NCBI GenBank assembly: GCA_027604505.1
Contig: JADIIX010000055.1
Location: 62,001 to 126,000, forward strand
Reading direction: 5' to 3'
DNA: 64,000 nucleotides
Source: Gonapodya sp. JEL0774
Lineage: Eukaryota
Each line of letters starts with the position of its first letter. Positions within the stretch are counted from its first letter, which is position 1. Below, in pieces: positions 12,417 to 25,581 of the stretch. The position numbers and the translations under genes were made by a program. The notes below the pieces were generated by a model. That model did not search any database. It was not told the DNA's origin and worked only from the letters and a program-made list of their open reading frames with translations.

Positions 12417-14752
12417 TCAGTGTTGGTTTAAGTCCGCTTCAGCGGCAGAAGGAAGCAAAGCCTCAGATCGTCGAATTTGTTTCTCGAGAACTCCCATGAG
12501 TGAGCTTAGCTGAAATAAAAGATGAGGATCAAAAAAAAAAAGCTCAACAACCCTAAAATACATTCAGCTCCAACCTGTAAGAACGTGTTCTGGAATGCTC
12601 CAGGGGGGGATGGGGGGTAACTTTCAGAAGGTGAAACAGGCTGCAATCAAATCATCCGTCAGAATACCGACTTCTTGAGGGCAAACTGTACACTCCTCAC
12701 CGTGGGAAGCTGCTGCGGGTTCCCGTACAAGGCGCTAGCTCGTGTTCCCTGCTCGAGGGGGTGGGTAGCCCCACCATGGCGATGAGCTGCTTCGGCCTGG
12801 GCCTGCATTTGTAGAAGAAGGGCAACATTTTGAAGTTGCGAGGTAGGGATCTGTTGCATTGAGAGCAATTGTGGTTGTGTTTCTCAGCGACATCGTCTCT
12901 CGTAGGGGCACTCACCAACACCGGTGTCATCCCCGCGCGGTCGGTTTGTGTGCTTTGGACGAGAGGAGTCTCCGCCTTCGTAGTGCCCACCCCGAGTCCA
13001 TGAATGTTTGTGGAGACGTTGAGGCCCGTAGGCTCCGTGGATACCAGGCTTTGGCCATCATGACTTCTTCGAGTAACAATGAGAGGCGGTGGTGAAGGTA
13101 GCGGAGTTGGCCAACCGGCTTGAGGTGAAGGGCCCCGTGTCTCGCGCAACCCTCCAAACGACGGTGCAGAAAGAGGTCCGGGGAAGCCCAAAGACGCTAC
13201 TTGTTCCACATGGCGCGGAATAGTGAGTTCATGACGCTGGTAGGAAGAATCAGACGGTGACACCTCGGTACGAAACTGGTCCAAGTACGACTCCGGATCT
13301 CGTCTTGCAGAACGGGTCGGGGGTGCGGGACCACCGAGGAAGCCATTTTGCCGAAGAGCTTCAATTCGGCGGTAGGTCGTCTGGGCACGGACAGGTTTCG
13401 GGAAATCCCAAGCGTAATGGAAGTCGAGGGGAAGTCCTCGGAAGCCGATGATGGGTGCATTGTGGACTGCCCGCACTGCATTGCGAGAGTCGTAGAACTC
13501 AACGAGCTTTTCACTGAAAGATAAATGAAGTAAAGTGGTTTGACTTCGTTCGCGAGGGGTTTGGAATGCCTCGCAACGAGCATTTCACTCACTGTGGGCC
13601 ACTCTTGATGTCCTTGACAACTTTGACCTCACCAAATTGTTGCATGAACGAAAAGAGCTCCATGCTATCGAGGGGTTGCAAGTTTCTCGCCTGGGAATGC
13701 CGTGGTGGTCAACGTAGGACTCAGTCTTGACAGTCCATGAGCATTCTCGCTTCCTCACCTTTACAAAAACCGTCCCCTTGATTTCCAACAGAGCCATAAG
13801 CACGGGTCCCATTCACAGCATTTTCTGGGAGCTCACCTGGTTCTCTTCCTCGTCTATCGTCCGCAGCTCAGAGCCTGTCTTGGGCAGCGAAAAGTGACAG
13901 TCCCATGCGCGTCCGTCCATGCAGAAGCCATTGAGCTCCTGGACCGACTTTTCAGCACAGCGGATATCGTACTGATGCCGAGCGTGGCGAGAATGAGTTT
14001 ATTTTGGCATTTTGAAAGGGTTGTGTTGTGGTTGGATAAATGGATTTGTTACCGAAAGGAGAAAGGAAAAAAACAGTCGGAGTCCGAATTAAATACCAGA
14101 ATACCGGAGATCGACAAGAAAACTATGGAGATTCGCCCTTCACGTCCTTGGGATTCGGAAAACCATGTTTCTCACAATGAAAATCCTCTCTGGCGCACAA
14201 TGACACAATCCATTTTTTGGAACCCACCCATCTCCCCAACCCACCCACCGTCCCCCTGTCCCCCAACTCACATAAGTAATAAACATAATTCCCTTCCGTT
14301 CGATCACATTCGTCGCCGACTTGACTTCCCCGAACTCCTCGAACACTGCTCGGACCGCACCCGCGGGCGTGTGATTGGCTATACAGCGGACAAAGACCGT
14401 GCGGGACGGTCGCTCCATGTGGCGTTCGGGAGGGTGAACCAGGTCAGAGGAGGATCGGGTGGCTGGCGGGATGGGTCGACGGTGAGGGAAAGATGTCAGG
14501 GGGGGCGTTGTGTCCTGCCCATCCCCCAGTGCCAAACGTATTCAAGGCGAACAACATGGGAGATTCACGGCACTCACGGTGAAAAGGGGGAAATTCCCTC
14601 TCGGACATGCCTCGAGCAAGGTCTCGGCGGGGGTACGTCTCGGTGGCGGGTCTGGCGGTCGAGAAAGCGGCTGCCGCCATGTCCGACAGGTGTGAGGGTG
14701 CATAGTGGTCGAGCGAGCTCCGGAGGTTGGGTTGGTAGAGCTCGGCGAGCAT
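12417..14752 (-). CDS. MEI2-like RNA-binding protein with two RRMs and a long low-complexity C-terminus
   Basis: RRM1 'RPSRTVFVRCI...FEEFGEVK...KGIMFITY/YDIRCAEK...DCHFSLPK'. RRM2 'NQGTVFV...FGEVK...FYDSRNAVRA...LDFHYAWD'. The start is ambiguous (ATG 14752 or 14703). Confidence 0.75.
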
Positions 14753-14911
14753 TTTTGGGTAAGGAAGAGGGCGGGGAATGGCGGGAAAGGGAAGCGGACG
14801 AATGGGAGCTGAGGAATTGCGCTCGGCGTTCGCGGTTTATTTAGAGTTTGACAGGGGTTTGAATGGTTGGTGCCAAGTTGCTGCTTTGGTCACACTGAAA
14901 CTGTTACTTTG

Positions 14912-16608
14912 TCAATACCTCCATGTTACCAATACGTCATCTGTCCTATACCGCTGTGTACACCATGTGTCTTTAAGTGCCGTTTCGTGTCCCGCCCGGT
15001 GCATAAGCACACCAGCTACCGCAATCATCAATCCATTGTCGATACAAAACCTGTTTAAAAGATATCAAAGCAGGCAAAGAGGGAAACGTTAACATAAAAA
15101 GTGGATGAGATGTCATTACGAGGAGTCCACAGACACCGCACTCATCCTTCATCCCATCACACACACACACCTCTCATCAGTCGCATACACCATTCCCCCC
15201 CTCTGTTTCACCATCTCCTCCATCATCCTTTGCAGTCTCACATTCGACCCCACCCCACCCACGATCAACACCTCCTTACTCCCCACATGAGCCATGGCCC
15301 GTTCGGTGGTTTCGACCAACATGGCAAACGCGGTTTCTTGGAGGGAAAAGCACAGGTCCTCCTTGGTGCACTCTCCACGGGCTAACATGTCGTTGGCGGC
15401 CAGCTCGACTTGGGAGAGAAGACCGGAGAAGGAGACGTCCATTCCTTTGACGGTGTAAGGGAGGTCAACGAGTTTGGTGCCTCTGTTCGATTGGGGAGGG
15501 TTTAGTTGGAGGTGCAAACGGGTGATTCGGGGGCGAGGTAAAAGAAACGTGAAGAGAAAGAGAATGAGCAAGACATCGCTCGGTTGAGTTGATGCACGGT
15601 TCTCCATGGGAGGACTGGCTCACTTCTTGGCGAATTGCTCAATATTGTAACCGGGACTGGGATCGTTGGAGAGGTTTATGACTCTCGCGAAGCGGTCCAA
15701 ACAGTTCCCAACTGCGATGTCGATGGTCTCGCCAAAGATGCGATATCTAATTTTGATGCGAGAAAAGCGCAGAAGTGGGTGGAAAAGAGTGGAGAGCGAG
15801 TGTCGTTGGTAAATCGGACAGATTGGAAAGCCCATCGGATCCAAAAACTCACTCGGCAGACAGCTCACCGTTTCTCGGAATAGGCAATGACCTGGGTGTT
15901 GCCACCACTGACATACAACACGACGGGATTTTCAGCTCCAGTGATCATGCGTCCCATTTCGATATCTAGAGAAGTAGAACAGATGTGAGCATCTTGGCTG
16001 AGCGAACGACGGACTGGAACAACGGGATGAGACGTGTTACAAGGGAAACACTTACGCGCGATGCAGTGATTGACAGCTACGATGGGCTTCTTCCACAGCA
16101 GGGAAAGTGTTCGGGCGACGATGGCGGTGGATACTAGTGGAGCTCCCATGCCGGGGCCTAGGTGTCAGGGGCATGGGGACAGGCACCATATCAGGAGAGC
16201 ATACATTGTTGAAACATCGGAAACCAGTATGAAATGAAAGGACAGAGAAGGAAAAGGCAAAGCACCATCTGATAAGGGAAATTCACCTTTCGTGTAACAT
16301 ATTACGTCCACGTCAGCCTGTTTCAGGTTCGCATCGGCCAATGCCTTCTTCGTGAGCTCGACAACCCACTTCCTGTGGTGAGCGGCTGTGTCTCTCGGCT
16401 GAAAGCCTTCACCAGGAGGAGTGATGTAGGTATGTCTGACGTTTGAGAGCACGTCCCATGAGCCGGAATCGGAGTAGCGGACGATACCAACTCCCAGCTT
16501 GTTGGCGGAGCCTATGGGAGATTAAGGGAGGTGGAGGACGGTCAGAGTCGAGATATGGAATGAAAACATGAATCTGCAATCACCTTCGAATCCTATTGCG
16601 ATTGTCAT
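14912..16608 (-). CDS. KAE1: tRNA N6-threonylcarbamoyladenosine biosynthesis protein Kae1/OSGEP (KEOPS)
   Basis: '[17 protein letters not shown]', '[20 protein letters not shown]', 'AVNHCI', '[13 protein letters not shown]', '[17 protein letters not shown]', '[16 protein letters not shown]', 'FCIDNG', 'TQRYRTDDV'. Confidence 0.96.
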
Positions 16609-16723
16609 GTTTGTCTTCACAAATTGTCAAAAAGATTCTTCGCTTTGGGTTTGGTGACTTCTGTTCAGTGCTGTGGCGCTACAGACACGCTGGTTACCGA
16701 GAGTCGGAACCCAATTCACGACC

Positions 16724-18306
16724 ATGTCGAGTGTCCGCCCATCAGCGTCCAGGACCAGCGGAGCCAGCGACTCCCGCACTGCGCGGCCACGCCCGAAACG
16801 AACTCGAAACAGCCAAAATCAACAGAATCACTCGAATACGCTCAGTCTCAACCTCCCGCTGCTCTCAGACACAATCGCAGCGTTGCACTACTTGCGCGGT
16901 CTTGTTCCCGCTAATCTTCCTCCTATTGCCCATGTCGCTTCTCTGTACGGCTTGTTGTCCGGCTCCGAAACTACCGTGGACGAAGAGCTGCAGGAACTTG
17001 CAAAGGCGGGCACGGTGAGGGCGGGCTCTCAAAGGACCAAGCGGTAGAGTTGTGCCTCTCGCTGTCTAAAAGAGAACGTTGTGCCGTCTCTCGTTTTGCT
17101 CAGATCCGCAGGTTCAGACACGGGAGCATTTCTGCAGCCCACCGCGGTGAGTGGGGACGCATGTATGAGGGACGAGGATAGGGTGCGTTGGACGACTCTT
17201 GGCCAAGGGGGAAGTCTGGGAGCCAAGAATAAGCAAGGGCCTGTGCTACGAGAACCCCGTTATGAACCTGTCGCACATACTTCTCATGCTCTACTCCTCA
17301 CATCCTCATCAATACACCCAGGCGACGACTCCATTATCCTATCATCCGACTATACTGCGGCAATTCGGTACGCTCGTGATGCGTGGCTGAGGGACCACGA
17401 AGCACGGGTCGCCGGTGACACTCGCCGGCGCGTAACAGACCCATCTTCGAGCTCAAACTCGAGCGGGGACGGTGGCGACGGTGTAGACTCTACGCTGGTG
17501 CGATTTGAAATGTGGGACAAGTTTGAGACGTTGGGGGAGTCGTGGAGGGCCGAGGAGCTTCCCGTTGCTGAAATGGAATCTGCGGGGATCAACGAGGTGG
17601 AGCAACGGTGAGCTTGCGCTTCACGATGCTCAGGAACACCAATCGTGGGCTTTTTTAATAATATTCATGGGCCACACCGCTTCCCCTTCATTCCGCAATC
17701 TAATCTCCACACTCCACCGTCACCGCACCCTCGTCACCACCGTTCAACCCCGCAACCTGCCTCACCCTCCCCATCCTCCCAGCTCCCTCCTCCACCACGG
17801 CTTCCTCACCCTCCTTGACTCTTCCAGCTACCACCTCTCGGTCCCCAACGCCGGCGCCTTTGCCCGCGCGGCCACCCAATCCGCCACCGACGTCCTATCC
17901 GTCCTCAAACGCAGGCCGAGGGGTGAAATGCTCGAAGAGGTGAGCGTGAGCCGCGTGGTTGCCCATCCTCTTCACCCACTTACTCGCGGACCTCACCATG
18001 TTTCTGCGACCTACCCCATCCCATCCCCACTCAATTACCCATCAGCCCCTCTCCGCCAAACTTTCCCACCTCCCCCGCCCCCCCCCACTCCCCCTCCCAC
18101 ACACCCTCTCCTCCCTCCGCGGCCTCGGCCTCATCACCCACCTCCGCACACCCGTTGGCGCGCTCGTCCAACTCACGCCCAAAGGCCTTGTCCGGGCACG
18201 GGGCATGGGAGCTCCCAAATACGATATGAGAAGGGTCAAGGGAGTCAGCGAGGTGATTGAGGAGGGGAAGTCGAGACTGGGGAGGGTGGGCGGGGATTTT
18301 GAGTGA
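16724..18306 (+). CDS. STK19: STK19-family winged-helix protein
   Basis: 'DTIAALHYLR...LPPIAHVASLYGLL...TTVDEELQEL', 'DDSIILSSDY', 'LLHHGFLT...YHLSVPNAGAF...VLSVLKR', 'LRGLGLI...TPVGALVQLT' match the STK19 family as I recall it. Internal exon boundaries are partly uncertain. Confidence 0.75.
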
Positions 18307-18980
18307 AGGGTGAGGAGCAGCAGAAGGGAGAAAGGTGGGGGAGGTGGGCGAGGAGGGACCGTATGTTAGGTGGTGTGTGGTGGTGTTCATGGGTCGTTTT
18401 GGGGCTGGTCGTCGTTGGTGGCACAGTCTGTTGCGGCTTGGTTTGGTATGGTGTGGTATGCTTTGTCCCATGTTTGCTGGAGCACAACCCCCTTGCACGT
18501 TTGGAACAGAGCACCTCGCCGGGTCCGGAGGTTACACTGGCACTTGACGCTCTTCACATACCTGACTCACATGTTCCTCCCTCGTGGAGTTTCTTTCATT
18601 TATTTACACAATTCTCTCTTCAAAGCATCCCGCCCTCGCTGAAAAAGACACTGCAGGGTATTCATGCCATTTTCAGTAATTTAGAATAACTTGTAGTAGT
18701 AGATCTAGAAACAATCACGAATCCATGCATCACACGGTGACACAAAGTCAAGCACACGTGCCAAAATTCCGCAGTGCCCACACCCCTGCCCTCCCCTGGC
18801 CAAATTCCCACTCCTGATTGCGCCAGCACACATCACACTATCGCATGTGAGACGGCATACACGAAATGATAAAATGCAAAACCCGCCTAAACCTGGCGGT
18901 ATGTCCTTGGGCTCCACAATCCCCCCCTTCTCCACCCTGGGACCCAGTTCGATTTCCAAACTACATCACACTCTCACCTC

Positions 18981-21796
18981 TCACCGCCCACTCCTACTCC
19001 TACTCCTGCTCCCCTCCTCCTCATAGTCCCTACTCGCCCTCAACGGCTCGTACGATCCCGCACCCGACAGCCCGGCGGTCCCCGACCCAATCATCCCCAG
19101 CGACCCCAGGGTGGCACCTGTTCGCCGCGCGAGCGTGGCAATAAGCGACACGACACCACCGGGTCCGGAGAGTCCTGCACCACCACCACCACCGCCGCCG
19201 CCGGCCCGCCTGCTCGACCCCGACCCCAACACCGCGGACTCGTCGTCCCCGTCCTCGTCAAGGTCACCGTCCACGTCCATGTCACCGTCCCCTTCACCGT
19301 CCCCATCCACCGCCGTCGACACCCTCGCGAACCCAGCTTCGGCAAAATACACCTCCCCATCCTCACCCATCCCACTACCTGCTCCCGCCTTGCCCATCCT
19401 CCCTGGCCTTGCCACAGGCCTCGGCACGCCCCCGGCGGCGCCCCCTTCTTGGCCGTCCCCGCTCCCGTCCACGTCCACCCCGCTCGACTGCCCCCGCAAT
19501 ATGGACCTGGTCTCCTCCGACGAAAACCTGTGCTTGATGACGCCGTCCACGAGCCAGAACTGGACGACGTTCATGACCAGAGGGATGAGGAGCATGACGA
19601 AGAGGACTTGGAGCTGGCGGTTGGGGAACCTGGCAAGGTGGGTTGAGGTTGTGGGTTTGGGGTGTGGTGGAACGGGGAGCGGGGTGGAGGCGAGCGGGAC
19701 GGGGATTGAGAGGGGTGGTGTGCGTGGCGGGTGAGGAGTGGAGAGCGGAGTGGGAACAGGTAGGTTGAGCTCTCGCAACAAGCTCTGCTTTCCTCTCAAC
19801 ACGGCTCGCGATCCACAGCACACCACTCCGCACGACAAGCCACCGTGTACACCGGAGGTACTACGCAGAAGCCCGAGCCTCCGGCCTCCTCTTCCACCCT
19901 TGCGAACTTCTTCCCCTCCCCCACCTCCCAACGCGGCCCGCTCCCCCTCTTCCCCCCCCCTTCCTCCCCCAACCCCCAGGCTTCAACCCACCACCCCACG
20001 ACCCATGCCCCAAACGCGACCCAAAACCCCCCCCACCCGATCAACCCGACCACGACCACCTTTACACCGAACAAGCAGGCTAGAAACACCGCGGTCTGCT
20101 TCCCCCACGCGCGCAGGGAGGGGCGAAACGGGTCAGGACCGTACTTGCCCGATTCGACGTCGGATACGCGGAAGTGGCGAAGGAGGAGGGACGAGAGGTG
20201 GAGGAAGAGAGCGAGGAAGGCCTAAGGAGGGGTGGTGGGAGGAGTAAGGTGAGGAAGAGGGGGGAGGGAGGGGAGGAGGTGTACGTACGACGCCGAGAGT
20301 GGTGTCGATGAAGAACTGTGGGAGGAGCGAGGAGGGTGGGGAAGATGGAGGCATGAGATTGGAGAGGACGACAAGGAACCAGGTGAAAGCATGCTCTCTG
20401 CTCTCGGGCGTCGCGGTGAGAACGTGACCGCGGGTCGGCTGTCATCCATCCCTAAAAGATTCCCTACACGCTCCACACACCGCACCCTCACCAGTAGGAT
20501 GCCAGCCACCACCACCACCACCGTCACCCCTGCCACGCCGTGTTCCACCACTCACGTTGAGGAAATAGTACACGCAGGGGTTGGTCACGACCGATGCTTC
20601 ACCTCCCATGAACCAGGCGAGGATGATGTTGGAGAAGTGCATGAAGCCCTGAAGGGGGACGGGAAGGGAAGGGGGAGGTGGGTGAAGGGTTTGGACCGGC
20701 ACGAATCTGAATGACACCGAAGCGGGCACAGAGAAGCGATCACCACGCCCATTGTGAGGGGCAACAACGCGGCGCTGAAGCATTGAGCCTGATCCATCTT
20801 GAGCTCTTGACCCCAACTCAACCACCCCTCCCCTCTCCAACCCAAACCATCTCTCTGACCCATTTAACGCTCCCAGCCCAGTCAACTCTCTCCAAAAGGC
20901 ATGACCCTCAAAAACTCCACCCAGTCAACCTATGTCCCCATGTCACCCCCCTTTCGTCCCGTTCAAACCACCCACCTGCCCGACCACCTGTTTCCCTGTA
21001 TCAAGCAACCATACGGGCCACGGGCGTTTCGGGACTTCACGGTGGCGTTTGTCTGGGCGAGGGAAGTGGTGGGGCAGGGGAATGGACGGAGAGACGGGGG
21101 TACGGAATGGCAGCGTGGCAGGTGAGGTGGGGGATACGATGGGTGGGACATAGAGTGAAGAATGACCGCAACTTGGGAGATTGAGTGGGGCTTTGAGTCG
21201 TCCACGTGGTGGGTGCGCGTTCCCCATCGTGAAGTCTGTAGGTCTGGCTCTCCCCTTTCCGCTCCCAGGCCTCGCATCCCAGTAAGCAACCTCATTCCGC
21301 TCCTCTCTTCACTTCTGGGTACCAACTCTGGACAGAACAAGAGTCTCGTCCAGTTGTGCGATTCCATCTACAGGGAGCCTCGCAACTCCAAGCTCCCCAA
21401 TACTTTCAATTTCCAGTTACCACCTTCCCACTTTTCATTTCTCACTTTTTCACAATCTTTCGCTCCCCACCTCTGGGTAGAACACGAAAGTCAATTTAAA
21501 TAATCGGCCATCGCCACATACAGTGAGACTCCCAACCGTCCCCCCGCTCCCAGTTCCAAGGATTGATCCAAGAAGTTCGAAATTACCGGGGCAAGGATGG
21601 CGAAGAACTCACAGAGCAGAGAGGAGAAAGCGAGAGAAGCGAGCAGGAGTTGTACGAATATTGCCCAGTGGTCGAGGAGTTTGCAGTTTTCGGGGGTGGA
21701 AGGGGCGGATGGTGAAGGAGGCGGGATGGAAGGAGTTGGGGTTGGAGATGGGGAAGGAATCGATGCATTGAAGGGGGAGAAGGAATGCGAGGTCAT
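18981..21796 (-). CDS. STIMATE/TMEM110-like (yeast YPL162C-like) multi-pass membrane protein
   Basis: 'NCKLLDHWAIFVQLLLASLAFSSLL', 'KRHREVPKRPWPVWLLDTGKQVVG', 'MHFSNI...NPCVYYFLNV', 'FIDTTLGV', 'QVLFVMLLIPLVMNVVQFWLVDGVIK', followed by an acidic/Gly-rich tail. Confidence 0.82.
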
Positions 21797-23629
21797 CAGG
21801 AGAGACGGCGGCTGGGATGTGTGTGTGTGGGGACTTCGCATGTAATACAAATTTCAACATTCATTATGGTGGTTGGCTGATGCCGTTGCCCGAAACTCCA
21901 CCGCATCGCGAATTCATCTGAGGGCAAGAGCAACCCCGATCAAACCCCAGGCGTTGGTGAGCGCCTGCTCATGCATGCCAAATCTCTGGCCTTTTGTCTC
22001 ATCCGCTTGTGCAAAGACTGTCACTATGAGATGAGCCAGTCTGACAAACTGTCACAACAACTTTATCTCAACGGCAAGAGGGGAACTTCCTGACAGCCAG
22101 AAATCCAAGACAAATGTTCCTTGACTGCAACTGCCTCAAAGACTCCTGCCACCACCCACAAGGCCCTCATGCCCAGAGCTTTTATGAACTCGTACAAGCT
22201 ATGTTCTCGTTCAATCCTGCATGATGCCCCCAAGAGAAGCTACCCAAGGAAGTTTGGATCCTGGACTACTTCTCCGTTAAAAAAAGTCACTACTCCTAAT
22301 TGGAGAACTCTGACCACGTCTTGGGGTAAGCGGCAGCAACTTCCTTGTGCCCCAAATGCTGTTGTCTTGGCAGCAACAGCGGTTATCAGCCCATTGATGC
22401 TTGCATTTAAGTATGTATATAGAAGGACAAGGCCAAGAACTCCATACTTAAGCTGGAACAGGTCAACAGGGAGAACAAAGATTTGAAGAGGAAGGCTACC
22501 ACTTCCATCACAGCATCATTGAGTGCATGTGGACCTGAGATTCAACATCACGGCCTCCAAGCATACCAGTCATGACTCATGCAGAGGGAGAGGAAGATGA
22601 CTTATCCCAGGGCTTAACAATAGTGTTGAAATGTGAGTGCTGTCTAGTATCTGAGGTTGTTTAACATGTATCTTCAACTGCTTAGCATTCAGGTTTCTGT
22701 ATGACCATGAATGGACAGAATTTAACATTGGCCTGGACCAACTCTTCCAAATGGTAAATCAGGCAGGCTTAGAGAAAGCAGATGCCACTTCCATCAAAGC
22801 CATTGAAAGTCAATAAAACATTTGCTTTAGCACAAGAAGCTGCAAACTGCAAAGCACATAATTGCAGAAGAACAGTTGATGTTGAAGAGGAAGCCCCATG
22901 AGAAAGAAGTACAGCACTGGCAGACGATCAAGTGTATGGATTAAGAGAAGCTACACCCAAGAACCACCACCAGCTTGCACTTGCAATGTTGCCAACAGAA
23001 AGGTGTTCAGCTGAGGATTCATGCAGAGTTGACATCAGGCTAAACACTCTATTCTGAAAAATTTAAAAAACAGTTCAAGTGTGCTTCAAAATTTTCAAGG
23101 GGACCTGTCTTTAAGGAACTAAGCTAAGAGACCTAACCACAGATTCAATTGTATCATCAAGGGACACAGGTTAGTTTGACAGCACTAAGTCTTCTTCATT
23201 GCAATGTTTGTTAGTGTCTGATTGGTTGCTAAAATGGTTGGGACATAATGCCCCCATTTTCATTGTGTATCAAAAATATATACATAGAATTTATCTAATG
23301 TGTGTTGCAACTTTGGTCATGCCCATTTTGTGCATTGCAGTGGAACACAATCACAAATCATGGCATGAGTGGGATCTTTTGCACACAGGGATTCAGAGAA
23401 TGGAAAGGGCATGAGCTCTTGCATTTTGAACTGTGGATTTTTGAGATAGATGTTACAATTTTCCATTGAACAGGAGTCAAAAGTAATATGCCTAACAGGT
23501 GATTTTGTTGTGGTTTGCGGCGGAACTGTTGAGTTCTGTCCTGAAACTCATTGTGTATGTCTGAACTCGTGTACAATGTGTTCACTAAGCAGCTGTAGCT
23601 GAACCACTGGCACAACTAAGATCACTAGA

Positions 23630-25581
23630 GAAATCTAAAAACTACGCTTATGCATCCTAATAGATATCACGTCTATCCAAGAAACAGGTGCCGGGACCAG
23701 GGGTGACGCATGGGGGTAAACAGGGATGACTATTGTTGTGCTTGTGGGGTCACGCGACTCTGGCTAAACTCCCGCTTTTAGCCGTGGTCTCACAACAATC
23801 CAGCTGCCTGATTTAAGCATTTTCATCTCTAGTGTGCATGTTTGTATGAGATCTACCCATTTGTGCTTGATATGCAATATCTTGCAGCATGCTTTTACAG
23901 AACAATATTCAGCCACAGTGGAACCACTCACACCATCATCACTGGGATATGCCACCTACTCACATAGGTCACAAAACACTGCTGTAGCAATTATTGTGAA
24001 TGGTTTCTGGCTGGAACAACTGATGTGTAATCCCAAGAGAATACTATGCAATTACTTATCTATTGATATGTGATCTAGCAGAATGCCATGTGGCATCAAA
24101 AAAACAACCAATTGGAAATAGAAAAGTGGTACACTGAACATCATAAGCAAAACCACTGGTCAAAACAGCACCAGAAAAAAATCAGAACGTTTTTTGTTGC
24201 TTTAACTCCAAGTGTGCATCAGGAATTGTGGTGAAAACAGCGTGTAAAATTACCCCCTTCAACCACCCAGCCAGGAGTGAGGCCAGGGTGCTGGATGCCC
24301 CTTCTAAGACATTCCACCAGCCCATCTGTTTGCCCAAGTCACTGGTTGGTATCAATGCATTACGATGGTGGTATAAAAAGTCTGTGCCCTCCCCTAGAAT
24401 TCTGAGACAGGCCCTTAGCGCAGCTGGTGAGCTTTATGCGCTGAGTGTGTGCAATCCACATGATTTTCAAAAGTTTCCAGAGCCTCCGAGTCATTTTCCT
24501 CATGCTTTGATGGTATAGACAAGGGCATTGGATTCTTGCATGGCTTTTGTTTCTGCCAAACACCACTGTCGTTTTGGCACCCTGCCCTTGTGGTACGCTG
24601 AACACCAGAAGCAAAACCACTGGTCAGACACAGCACCAAGCAAAAAAGCACCTGGTTTTTGTTGCTTCTACATGAAGTGTGTGTCGAGAGTTGTGGTGAA
24701 ATCAGTGTGCAAAAAACTCCCTACAACCACCCAGCCACAGGTCTGGCCAGAGTGTTGGATCCACCTTGAAAGACATTTTTACCAGGCCATGGATTTTGAC
24801 CAAGTAACAATGTGTGGACACGTATGGACACATTACAATAGGACACAGAAATAATGAACACATGGATTCATCCCAAAAACATTGTCAAAATCAATCACAG
24901 AACATGCTTTGATTGGTGTTGGGTGATTATACAGGCGATTCACATCATGATGAACAGAGAGATCCCAAAATACTCAATCTTGATTGTAATTGACTAGTCA
25001 ATGCTGTAATTTGATGAAATACATATATTCAGTTGTTTTTGAACAATATTTTGAGTCCAGGTGAGGAGACAAGAGTGGAACATCCAAAACGATGAGACCC
25101 AAATCCGACTTGCTCCAGAGTCCACTATGAGCCAATCCGGTTTTACCATGTGAAATCCAGAAAGGGGGTCTGCAGCTGATCAAATCCTACACTCCAGGGT
25201 GCTCCAGAGAGGTTTGGAGGGTACTTGCACTTTTCCTGGTGGTGGTTCCTGTAGTGAAACTTTTCAACCATCAAACATGATGTGGTGGTTTGCGGTGCAA
25301 TGGACGGTTTTATCCCGAAAACCAATGTGTATGACTTTGAATCTGTGCTTCCAATCATAGTACTAGGCAGCTGCACAGCTGCAGGGAAAACCCACACTCA
25401 CGCCAACAATCTGAAAACTACACCTATATCATATCTAATCCATGGGGAAGGTGCTGTGACCAGAGGTGACGAGTGTAGTGAGGGGGCAGGCGATGGACTG
25501 ATGGTTCTCAACTGTCTCAGTGCTCCTGGGGTCACGTGACTCCAGCTAAACTCCTACCTTTAGTCGTCATCTTACAACAAT
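23630..25581. repeat. Diverged direct repeat pair (~170 bp; copies at ~23630-23799 and ~25406-25581), possibly LTR-end fragments
   Basis: 'ggggtcacgcgactctggctaaactcccgcttttagccgtggtctcacaacaat' vs 'ggggtcacgtgactccagctaaactcctacctttagtcgtcatcttacaacaat'. Similarity stops just after ...ACAACA, which reads TGTTGT on the minus strand. Confidence 0.7.
24126..24790. repeat. Diverged direct repeat (~200 bp copies at 24126-24325 and 24590-24790; spacing 464 bp)
   Basis: Both copies share 'gtggtac(a/g)ctgaaca.ca.aagcaaaaccactggtca', 'ttgtggtgaaa', 'caaccacccagcca' and 'aagacatt'. Confidence 0.8.

Noticed and set aside
17500..21500. Many long Pro/Gly-rich ORFs on both strands
   Set aside because: These are artefacts of GC-rich low-complexity DNA overlapping the STK19 and TMEM110-like genes.
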